From a virus: a stretch of DNA of 64,000 bases. The notes under the pieces are model-generated. The model ran no database searches and was not told where the DNA came from. It saw only the letters and a program-made list of their open reading frames with translations. Positions 56,933 to 64,000 of this stretch are shown one piece after another. The first letter of the stretch is position 1. Every line of letters begins with the position of its first letter. The translations under genes and the position numbers were made by a program. The stretch is from positions 27,793-91,792 of IMG/VR virus record IMGVR_UViG_3300031965_000007; one strand, given 5' to 3'.

Positions 56933-57128
56933 TCTCGCCTCCGCCTAGCATACGGATCAACCCTAGCATAGCTGCATCAGGTGTTGGCGCAGAACTCACG
57001 TGGGTGCAGAGTCCGACAATGACCTGGTCCCCGTCTTCGAACATGATCACGGAAGGGGTGCCTGCCGGCAATGGCCCTGTATGCTCCCTGAGCAGTGTAC
57101 GGATCTGCTCGAGCAACGCCTCGTCCAT
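56883..57128 (-). CDS. hypothetical protein
   Basis: coupled to upstream ORF. Confidence 0.55.
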   Translation of the reverse strand: MDEALLEQIRTLLREHTGPLPAGTPSVIMFEDGDQVIVGLCTHVSSAPTPDAAMLGLIRMLGGGESGAKEGQQEGATEARS

Positions 57129-57448
57129 CAGTTCACACCGCTGCTACCGCTGTGGTTGCGGGCAGCATTCACGATCGCGTCGAAGTCAGCCGAATCACTC
57201 TCTGCGACTGCGTGCTTGATCTCGTTGTGGCACACAGCCAGGTGCGCAGTCGCAGCGCGGAGCGCGTTGATAGCGGCGTCAAGCGCGAGCGCCGCCTCAA
57301 TGAAGTGCTCGTTTGCCGTGTGCGCAGCGAAGGTATGCATCTTCGACTCCTGCCGAAACTCTGAGAGCGTCTTAGACGTGAGCTTCGTGTTATCTTTCGC
57401 GGCGTTGATCAAGGCCAGGATCATGTCAATCTTGCTGTCGGTGCTCAT
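57128..57448 (-). CDS. hypothetical helical protein
   Basis: GAGGAG RBS; ATGA overlap. Confidence 0.65.
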   Translation of the reverse strand: MSTDSKIDMILALINAAKDNTKLTSKTLSEFRQESKMHTFAAHTANEHFIEAALALDAAINALRAATAHLAVCHNEIKHAVAESDSADFDAIVNAARNHSGSSGVN

Positions 57449-57690
57449 TGCATCTCCTCGGCGAAGTTGGTCGCCTCTGCGATCGTCCTAAACGTATCAA
57501 CCCTAAGCCAAGGCGGCTTCTCGCCGGCGCGGCTGTGCATCAGTAGGAACGGCTTACCTGCCTTTCGATCGCGCTCGTCATAGCCCTGCGCGATCCACCA
57601 ATGACCGTTTGCCGAAAAAATGTCTTCCCACAGAGTGCCGCTCTCGGTCGCCTTGCGCTTCAGCCACTTGATTGTCTTCTTGGCGCTCAT
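57445..57690 (-). CDS. hypothetical protein
   Basis: ATGA overlaps at both ends. Confidence 0.65.
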   Translation of the reverse strand: MSAKKTIKWLKRKATESGTLWEDIFSANGHWWIAQGYDERDRKAGKPFLLMHSRAGEKPPWLRVDTFRTIAEATNFAEEMQ

Positions 57691-58031
57691 AGCAACAGGA
57701 TCTCTTTCTCGATGTCGGCAGGGATAGACGCAGAATGCTCGTCGATCAGCTTCTCTATTGCGACGGGAGGGTGGTACGACTGGCGACCAATCGGCACGTA
57801 GCGACGTAGCGTGGCGTCAAACGAGATCAGCCTTTCGTGACTCAGCTCACGCAGAGCTTGCCGAAGCGGTGATCCGTAGGTAGTGTGGCTGCCTACGCGA
57901 GGCTTCTTGCGCCCGATCGCGCGGTTCTTGAAGACGGCTTGAGTCTTCACTGCGTCTGTGAGCGCTGGTATAGAGCCTTGGCCGTTCTCGATCAGCTCTA
58001 AGACCAAGCGCTTGAACTCGACCATCTTCAT
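57687..58031 (-). CDS. possible winged-helix DNA-binding protein
   Basis: LRQALRELSHERLISFD....RY. Confidence 0.6.
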   Translation of the reverse strand: MKMVEFKRLVLELIENGQGSIPALTDAVKTQAVFKNRAIGRKKPRVGSHTTYGSPLRQALRELSHERLISFDATLRRYVPIGRQSYHPPVAIEKLIDEHSASIPADIEKEILLL

Positions 58032-58816
58032 TTGGCTAGTGCCGACACGTGGCAGGACTTCTCTGCTCGGCAGCCGTAGCAGTGTGGTCCTGGGTGAAAC
58101 TCAGGCTCGATGCCTTCCTGCTTGTATTCGTCTCGGATCTCGAGCGCAAGCAAGTGCACACGCCGAACCTTCTTCGCGTGTGCTCGTACCTTCTTGGCCG
58201 GTAGGAGCTTTGTGTTCCAGGCCAGCTCACCTGTCTTCAGCACGTTGATCAGCGAGAGCTTCACATCCTCGCAGTCGTTCATGAGCGAGAGACCTGTACC
58301 TAGCGTCAGCAGCTGGACACTCTCTCGCGGATCAATAGTCACAGGCTTGCCTGTCTTGAAGTCGCCCAGGTTCCAACCGTCGTTGTAGAACACGATGTCA
58401 GCGCGACCAACTACGTGTCGCCCGGCTTCAGCAACGTCGCGCTCCATTGCCTCGCCGACGAGTGTCTCGGTGTTGATCGCGATGTTCATCTCAGGTATGC
58501 CATCGAGCGGTAGCGACTTCAAATCCATCCTCGTGCAAAGATCGAGAACGTACCTCTGGCGCTTGCTCTTGATGTACTTGAGCGCTTCCTCTCGTCCGCG
58601 CTCGATCACGTACTGAAGGAACCGGTGAATGAAGATGCCGTGCCACATGCCTGGATGCATGTCGGTCTTTGGTCCGACAAAGCACGCGCTCGCAGGGCAC
58701 AACTCGATCCTCCCGATGTCGTGTGGCGCCAGCGTGAAGTTCCTGAAGGTCAGGCCTGTCTTCGGTGGAGGCTGATCCTCTTCTATGATCAGCTCCTCGT
58801 CTTCCTCTTCGATCAT
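58028..58816 (-). CDS. Cas4/RecB-like PD-(D/E)xK nuclease
   Basis: CP, GI.IH, GRADIV, DFKTG, QL, PGPHC..C.....C Fe-S ligands. Confidence 0.85.
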   Translation of the reverse strand: MIEEEDEELIIEEDQPPPKTGLTFRNFTLAPHDIGRIELCPASACFVGPKTDMHPGMWHGIFIHRFLQYVIERGREEALKYIKSKRQRYVLDLCTRMDLKSLPLDGIPEMNIAINTETLVGEAMERDVAEAGRHVVGRADIVFYNDGWNLGDFKTGKPVTIDPRESVQLLTLGTGLSLMNDCEDVKLSLINVLKTGELAWNTKLLPAKKVRAHAKKVRRVHLLALEIRDEYKQEGIEPEFHPGPHCYGCRAEKSCHVSALAK

Positions 58817-58875
58817 CTACGCCTCCGTGCACGTTCTACCATGCGCAGGTAGTCTTGTGCGAGTAGGAGGACTTT

Positions 58876-60093
58876 CTACGACTCCTTGCGTAGTACGACA
58901 ATGCGTTCTCCCCAAGGCGTCGGCGCAGGCTCAGGCAACCAAGGAGACGAGAGTAGCCAGATCACTGTGCACCAAGAAGGTCGATGATCCGGGAACCTCC
59001 CCTCAGCGTCCGTTGCGAACACAACGATGTTCGGCCGCGGCCTCATTTTCTCGATAGCCTTGAACGCAGGTCGGAAGTCTGTGCCGCCGCCTCCCTTCAT
59101 CGCCGCTGCCATTTCTTTGACACTCCGCAGCTTCGACACGCCGTGCACCTCTGCGTCGCACGAGACGAAAACGACTTCGGCAACCTCACGAAGGATTGCC
59201 TGTGCCTCGGACAGCGTTGAAGCGATCTGGCTCGAGGTCATGCTCATGCTAGTGTCTTGCACGAGCGCAACAAGAGGTATCGGCGCGACGTACGACCGCA
59301 CAACTGGGATACCTGGCCCGAAGCCCAGCGCGCCTTGCCTACGGCTGACGCGTGTGTAGGTGAGATCGACCTGACCGGCTTTCCACCTCGCAGCACGGAT
59401 CGCTGTGGAGCGCAGCCGTTGCTGCCAGGATACCTTCGGTGGCGCAAGTTGCTCTTGGCAGTCTCGCAGCAAGCTAGCCGGAACAGAGCCAGGTTTCGTG
59501 CGCGCGTGATCGACAACAGCCATCGCCACAGCTGCCCGCATGCTCGAGAGCAGCGCTTGTCGATCAGCCGGTAGTGTCGGGCCGCTCTCGTCTGGTAGAG
59601 GGTTGCCTGCGCCAGACCCGCAACACTTCGGCTTTGGATCAGGCTTAGACCTGCTTGCCTGCAGACCGAGGAAGTAGGTCTCTGCGAGCTGCCCGTCTGG
59701 CATCCCAAAGTGCCTAGGCTGAATGTCGGTGTCTAGGATCTTGAACTTCATTGCGAGCAGGTCGTCGTTCAGCTCAGCGTCCGAAGCCCAACCCCAGAGA
59801 TCTTGCGTAGCGGCGTCTGCGACACCGATTGCGTGCGCGCGTCGGTGGTGCTCGCGCCTGATGTGCTCGGCCTCGTGTACGATCGCAGTCGCACAGTCGT
59901 CAAGCGTCCACTGGCGCAAGATGATCTCCTCGTTGTAGAGCATCACACCGTCCTTCGTGACGCCGGTTCCGACGCCTTCTGGCAACGCAGAGCTGGGCCA
60001 GAAAATGAGCGCGTAGATCGCGTCTGCAAGGAACGGCGCCTTCCGCAGCGCACGCGCTCGCGCGTTCGACAGCACGAGGTTAGCCTTGCTCAC
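58876..60093 (-). CDS. metallopeptidase-VWA domain protein (DUF2201-like)
   Basis: HEAEH...H..R; CGSG; MIDAS DTSMSM; GGGGTDFRPAF; ATD. Confidence 0.9.
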   Translation of the reverse strand: MSKANLVLSNARARALRKAPFLADAIYALIFWPSSALPEGVGTGVTKDGVMLYNEEIILRQWTLDDCATAIVHEAEHIRREHHRRAHAIGVADAATQDLWGWASDAELNDDLLAMKFKILDTDIQPRHFGMPDGQLAETYFLGLQASRSKPDPKPKCCGSGAGNPLPDESGPTLPADRQALLSSMRAAVAMAVVDHARTKPGSVPASLLRDCQEQLAPPKVSWQQRLRSTAIRAARWKAGQVDLTYTRVSRRQGALGFGPGIPVVRSYVAPIPLVALVQDTSMSMTSSQIASTLSEAQAILREVAEVVFVSCDAEVHGVSKLRSVKEMAAAMKGGGGTDFRPAFKAIEKMRPRPNIVVFATDAEGRFPDHRPSWCTVIWLLSSPWLPEPAPTPWGERIVVLRKES

Positions 60094-61289
60094 AGCACGA
60101 ACCCCGCAGCTTCCATTGTAGGGCGCAAACTCGCGAGCACTGACTGCGCAGTGCTACCGTCTGTCGGGCGGTACCCGTTGGACGAAGGAGACCTGGCTAC
60201 CTTGCGCGCAGCCTGCATCGCAATGTCCGGCACACCTGCGTCGATCACGCCACGCAGCACACGCCAAAACGACACGAGTCTCTTCTTGCGATCGTGGCAC
60301 TCAGGATCCGCAACGAGCAGCGAACAAGACGACAGGATCGCGTACGTGATGTCGAGGCGTAGTGGGTCGTGCTCAAACCCCGTGCGCCCGTCGAGCACGT
60401 CTTCGGCTTTCGGTAAGTTCAGGTTGGCGCGGTAGACCAAGAACTCCTCTGCAGCGCCGCTACCGACGAAGCCACCTAGCAGGTGCGTCTCGAGATCCTG
60501 TACACCGTGTACCACTGACGACGCGAGCGCGTAGGTCGCCATCGTCCACGTCCTACGCGACGGCCACGCGCGCGCGAGATCAGGCGAGTCGGCTGCAGGC
60601 TTCTTGTGCATCCACAGCCGCTTGAATCGGAGGAAAGTTGTGATACTCGTTCGCGCGTTGTCGAACGCGCGCGGCCACGCTTTCAGCACACGCCTTTCTT
60701 CGTTGTCGATGTTGTACTGACTTTCGACCGCCTGCGGCAGCGGATTGCGCGGATCGATTGCGTGCATCCAATCCGACCACTCGTCCAGTGATGGCGCAGT
60801 CCAGTTGATGTGGCAGAAGCGATTGGCTGCTGCCGCAGTCATCTCGTACCCACCTGATCCTTCGCCAGGGGGATTGCCTGCAGCGAGCACGCGCACGCCT
60901 GCACCCAAGTACGACGCACCGATGCGGCGATCAAGCGCGAGCCCGAGTAGCGCAGGCTGTACAGCTGGCGGTGCGTGCGGAATCTCGTCTACGAAGACGA
61001 TTCCGCGGCCATCATGCCGCTCGATGTCTAGCACCCAGTCAGGCTCAGGGTACGTCATGAAGTAGCCACCGCTAGGCTTCTTCTCGGGCATCGGTGTGAC
61101 GCCAAACGCGCCTTCACCGCGCTCGCCAGGTGAAAGTACTTCCAAGTGAAAGCCGTAGTCGGCAGCCACTTGCCTCACCATGTCGCTCTTCACGACGCCT
61201 GGATCGCCCCAGAACATCATCGGCAGGCCCCACCCTTTTGACGTCGGCGTAAAGAGAGCCGCCTTGATGATCCGCTTCATGTCGTCCAT
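60090..61289 (-). CDS. MoxR-like AAA+ ATPase
   Basis: AGGAGG RBS; WGDPGVVKS, VFVDE, AAGNP, ANRF.H, PSRRTW. Confidence 0.9.
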   Translation of the reverse strand: MDDMKRIIKAALFTPTSKGWGLPMMFWGDPGVVKSDMVRQVAADYGFHLEVLSPGERGEGAFGVTPMPEKKPSGGYFMTYPEPDWVLDIERHDGRGIVFVDEIPHAPPAVQPALLGLALDRRIGASYLGAGVRVLAAGNPPGEGSGGYEMTAAAANRFCHINWTAPSLDEWSDWMHAIDPRNPLPQAVESQYNIDNEERRVLKAWPRAFDNARTSITTFLRFKRLWMHKKPAADSPDLARAWPSRRTWTMATYALASSVVHGVQDLETHLLGGFVGSGAAEEFLVYRANLNLPKAEDVLDGRTGFEHDPLRLDITYAILSSCSLLVADPECHDRKKRLVSFWRVLRGVIDAGVPDIAMQAARKVARSPSSNGYRPTDGSTAQSVLASLRPTMEAAGFVL

Positions 61290-61338
61290 GCAGTATCCTC
61301 CTTTTGCAACGCGCTAGCTTTGTGCGCGCGCGCTTTTT

Positions 61339-61515
61339 TTAGCTGTCATCCCAGCACTTGTGTTCGCACCACGCGCAGAGGTGATCGACGACGCCGGTGT
61401 AGAACACTTTTGCGTCAGTGCTGCAGGTGCATCCTACGAGCTCCTTCTCCCACGCCAAAACGTCAGACGGTTTCTGTTCTTCCTCTACGGTGATGACGAT
61501 TCGGTATCGTGCCAT
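61339..61515 (-). CDS. small hypothetical protein
   Basis: AAGGAG RBS before ATG 61515. Confidence 0.6.
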   Translation of the reverse strand: MARYRIVITVEEEQKPSDVLAWEKELVGCTCSTDAKVFYTGVVDHLCAWCEHKCWDDS

Positions 61516-61563
61516 GCGCAACTCCTTCCCGTGCCTGTCGTAGCGACGTGCGATCACAGTCGC

Positions 61564-61592
61564 TTGACAAGCTGATCAAAATGTGCTAAACG
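61564..61592 (+). promoter_or_regulatory. sigma70-type promoter driving the candidate ncRNA
   Basis: TTGACA (61564-61569), 17-bp spacer, TG-c-TAAACG (61587-61592). Confidence 0.55.
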
Positions 61593-61593
61593 C

Positions 61594-61800
61594 GTGGGCC
61601 CTGGCAACGAAGGCCACCCCGCTCCGATCGCCTTCCGAGCTTCGCCAGAAGCGACGGACAGGAGATGCCAGTCTCTCCTCGAAGAGGTCTTAGCGGAGCG
61701 AGGCTTTGCGAGCGACAAGCGCCGCAGGCGCTAGCGTTGGCAGAACGAGTTTGTCTGGCGCCTTCGGCGCTGCTCGCTTCGCGAGCAAAGACTTTCTTTG
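61594..61800 (+). ncRNA. candidate highly structured ~200-nt ncRNA
   Basis: at least eight stems, loop-loop complementarity, terminal hairpin + T-rich tail; no credible ORF. Confidence 0.6.
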
Positions 61801-61804
61801 ATCC

Positions 61805-61841
61805 AAAAACGACAAAAGCGCCACATCGCGTTGATGGGCGC
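61805..61841 (-). terminator. rho-independent terminator for the minus-strand operon
   Basis: minus strand GCGCCCATC-aacgc-GATGTGGCGC then TTTTGTCGTTTTT. Confidence 0.6.
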
Positions 61842-61867
61842 CGTGCGGCCTGAACACGAACAACGGA

Positions 61868-62107
61868 TCAGAACAATCCAAGCAGCCTGCGCTCGCGCTT
61901 GCAGAAGCTGCGGTACTCGCGTTCGCAGCGTAACGCCAGCTTCTCTTGTGAGTACAGCCCGAGAGATGGCGGCAGTATGACCGCAGCGTCTGGCGTCGCG
62001 CGATAAGCCGGGAAGATTTCACCTGTGAGGTGATTCGGGACGTCGAGCCAGTAGTCGACGTCTACGCGATCACCGTCTTCGGTGATGAAGGTGGCGCACT
62101 GTCTCAT
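61868..62107 (-). CDS. hypothetical protein
   Basis: ATGA overlap with 62104-62706. Confidence 0.6.
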   Translation of the reverse strand: MRQCATFITEDGDRVDVDYWLDVPNHLTGEIFPAYRATPDAAVILPPSLGLYSQEKLALRCEREYRSFCKRERRLLGLF

Positions 62108-62706
62108 CGCGCCTTCACCATCGACAACGACTTGCGGCCTGACGTCAAGCGTAGCCCGCTCTTGCGGGTCTTGACCTTCACCGCCATGTCGGGGAACGGC
62201 TGGCTGTACGCGCAGCCTATCGACGACGCCTGGCTGATCGCGTATGAGTGCGATCGCGAAGGCGGTCCTACCAGCGTGCAGCCAGTGGTGTCGGCGTTCT
62301 TCGGCAGGTCGAGAAACATGTTGCCGCACCGCCATCTGGAAGCGTCGATCATGCTAGAGGGAGGCGGGATGGATGATGTTGACAGAAGCTCGAGCTTCAG
62401 GGCGAAGCCTCGCTTGGCGCTGCCGTCTACGACTTGGCCGTCGCCTGCTTGCCAGCACGACGTTGGCACGAACTCGCCTTCATCGCACTCGCCGGTTACC
62501 ACTGTGTGGCTCTCCCAGGAAGAGCCGCCGCGGCCGTCGATCGTCAGCCAGAACCGAAACGTGACGTCTGTCGAGCAATGCAGTCCGACGTGGCTGGTTG
62601 ATCGCTGGCCAGAGAAGATGCCTACGACCTCTTCTGGTAGCGCTGTTGGCGCAGCGCCAGCGAGGACTGTTAGCGCTACAGCTGCGAAGAGCGCACGAGT
62701 GATCAT
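62104..62706 (-). CDS. secreted Cys-containing hypothetical protein
   Basis: AAGGAGG RBS; signal peptide MITRALFAAVALTVLAGA. Confidence 0.7.
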   Translation of the reverse strand: MITRALFAAVALTVLAGAAPTALPEEVVGIFSGQRSTSHVGLHCSTDVTFRFWLTIDGRGGSSWESHTVVTGECDEGEFVPTSCWQAGDGQVVDGSAKRGFALKLELLSTSSIPPPSSMIDASRWRCGNMFLDLPKNADTTGCTLVGPPSRSHSYAISQASSIGCAYSQPFPDMAVKVKTRKSGLRLTSGRKSLSMVKAR

Positions 62707-62864
62707 TTCTTCACCTCCTTGCAGGCGTACTTGAGTGCAGTGATTCTGCAGGCTAGCTCGTCGAGCAGAACTTCGTTGCGCGCGACGTCATGCACAGCGA
62801 CGTAGCGGTGTAGAGCGTGCACTTGCTCGATCAGGGTGCGAAGCTCGTTGTCGATGCTGAACAT
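62703..62864 (-). CDS. small hypothetical protein (53 aa)
   Basis: not in ORF track; overlaps both neighbours (TGATG / ATGA). Confidence 0.6.
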   Translation of the reverse strand: MFSIDNELRTLIEQVHALHRYVAVHDVARNEVLLDELACRITALKYACKEVKK

Positions 62865-63334
62865 CAGACAACCTCTCGGATCGTGTTCCGCAGACAGATG
62901 GCCCGCACGCCTTCCTCAGTGACTGACGTGATGACGTACCGGATGACTCCGCGGCCAGGTGCTCCTGGGTACACGGAGTAGAGCGACCCTGGCGCGAACG
63001 CCGACAGGTCCGTCTCGACAGGATCGAAGCCGGTGCCAGCGTCGTTGCGCTTGTACGTCCACCGGGGGATGATCAAGTCGTCTTGTCTTGGCCCCGCCAT
63101 GATCGGTACGAAGACGGTGCAGTCTTCGTAGACTTCGACGGTGCAGATCATCTGGCATGGTTGTTCTTGGCGCAGGTCGTCGACGACCACAACCGTGATG
63201 TTGTCGTCGCTGTAGACGATCGCCGAAACGTCTGCGAACGCCCCCGGCACACAAACGTCGTTGGCGATCAGGTTTGCGACCCTAGCCAAGTCTCGCAAGT
63301 GGTCCCACTGGATGGGGCTGCGGTAAGGTTGCAT
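62864..63334 (-). CDS. hypothetical protein
   Basis: AAGGAG RBS. Confidence 0.7.
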   Translation of the reverse strand: MQPYRSPIQWDHLRDLARVANLIANDVCVPGAFADVSAIVYSDDNITVVVVDDLRQEQPCQMICTVEVYEDCTVFVPIMAGPRQDDLIIPRWTYKRNDAGTGFDPVETDLSAFAPGSLYSVYPGAPGRGVIRYVITSVTEEGVRAICLRNTIREVV

Positions 63335-63412
63335 GAAGGTCTCCTTTTCTCGGGCTTGCCCGTACGCGCGGTGCGCGTTTCGTCGCTCTGCCCTAGCGAC
63401 TCGTCAGCGGGG

Positions 63413-63655
63413 TTAGATTTCTGGCGCAAGGTCGTCGTTTGCCTGGTAGGGATCGCGTTCAGCGCCTGCAAGCGCGTCCTTACGGGTCTGAGCGAGCTGT
63501 TCCGCAACGGCGTCTCTGATGCTGAACAGCTCTTCGAGAGAACACTTGCGGAACATGTCGCGAACTTGCCTCTCGTTGCAGAGATCCAGCAGGTTGTTGA
63601 TCTCTTCGAGAGTCTCTTCGCGTTGCTCTTTTCGTACACGCACGTTCGCCATCAT
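63413..63655 (-). CDS. hypothetical protein
   Basis: AAGGAG RBS; follows 63656-63997. Confidence 0.65.
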   Translation of the reverse strand: MMANVRVRKEQREETLEEINNLLDLCNERQVRDMFRKCSLEELFSIRDAVAEQLAQTRKDALAGAERDPYQANDDLAPEI

Positions 63656-63997
63656 TCACTTCTCCTTCTCTTCCAAAGAGTTGCCTTCCTCGTCTGTGAT
63701 CTCACCTTTGCGTCCTTGCAGCGCGCTACGCTCACGCAGTGTTGCGAGACCTGCGCGCAGGTTGAGGAGCCGCTCTGCGACTTCGCTCTGAAGCACGTCT
63801 CCTCCGAGGTAGGTGATCGCCACCTGCATCATGGATTCGTCGATCGTGCGAAAAGCGCCGCCTTGCTGGTGCCCGTCTAGGTAGGCTTTGCAGTAGGCCG
63901 CAGACGATGACTCGAAGCACATGTCGCGGCGGTTGTAGCCGTCAGTGAAGCCGTCGAAGTAGGCTTTGCGGAACACGCCGATGTCGATCAAGGTCAT
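63656..63997 (-). CDS. hypothetical protein (GF.DGY...Y.DG..G motif)
   Basis: ORF at the window edge. Confidence 0.6.
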   Translation of the reverse strand: MTLIDIGVFRKAYFDGFTDGYNRRDMCFESSSAAYCKAYLDGHQQGGAFRTIDESMMQVAITYLGGDVLQSEVAERLLNLRAGLATLRERSALQGRKGEITDEEGNSLEEKEK

Positions 63998-64000
63998 GAC

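Noticed and set aside
58028-58816. Cas4-like gene as evidence of a CRISPR-Cas system
   Set aside because: Solo Cas4/RecB-like nucleases are common in phages; no other cas genes or array present
1-64000. CRISPR array, tRNA, rRNA, tmRNA, integrase/att site, transposase
   Set aside because: No regularly spaced repeats, cloverleaf/T-loop signatures or recombinase motifs noticed by eye; a tRNAscan/Infernal run would be needed to exclude them fully
1-64000. Alternative genetic code / stop-codon reassignment
   Set aside because: Core genes are full length under the standard code and TAA, TAG and TGA all terminate coupled genes
1-64000. Specific host assignment (e.g. Myxococcota)
   Set aside because: High GC and gene style are suggestive only; nothing in the window identifies the host

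Overview
The whole window is part of a GC-rich tailed dsDNA phage with a contractile tail (myovirus morphotype). No integrase, rRNA, tRNA or CRISPR array is visible. Layout: (1-5.5 kb, +) many small early/accessory ORFs, including a degenerate Nudix; (5.7-8.0 kb) small and large terminase; (8.0-11.8 kb) an accessory island with a structured intergenic element, a multidomain fusion ending in a Tad1-like anti-defence sponge domain, and an RNase AS-like DEDDh exonuclease; (11.9-24.4 kb) portal, a second accessory block (very basic proteins, degenerate HIT, HAD, tandem HiPIP-like), minor head protein, scaffold and major capsid; (24.6-47.8 kb) neck, sheath, tube, chaperone with a -1 frameshift site, tape measure, baseplate and fibre genes; (47.8-54.6 kb) an antisense secreted GH33-like sialidase, membrane/lysis-type genes, an amidase and a SleB-like hydrolase; (54.6-64 kb, -) NAD-dependent ligase, resolvase-like and Cas4/RecB-like nucleases, a MoxR AAA + VWA/peptidase pair and small ORFs. 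The most unusual signals are: a set of highly structured intergenic elements (notably 61594-61800, which has its own TTGACA promoter and runs antisense to its neighbours, and 8035-8187, closed by a perfect 15-bp stem), the Tad1-like fusion, two nucleotide-binding folds that have lost their catalytic residues, and a ~74-bp element repeated 37 kb apart inside unrelated genes. All family calls come from motif recognition by eye; no database search or folding program was run.
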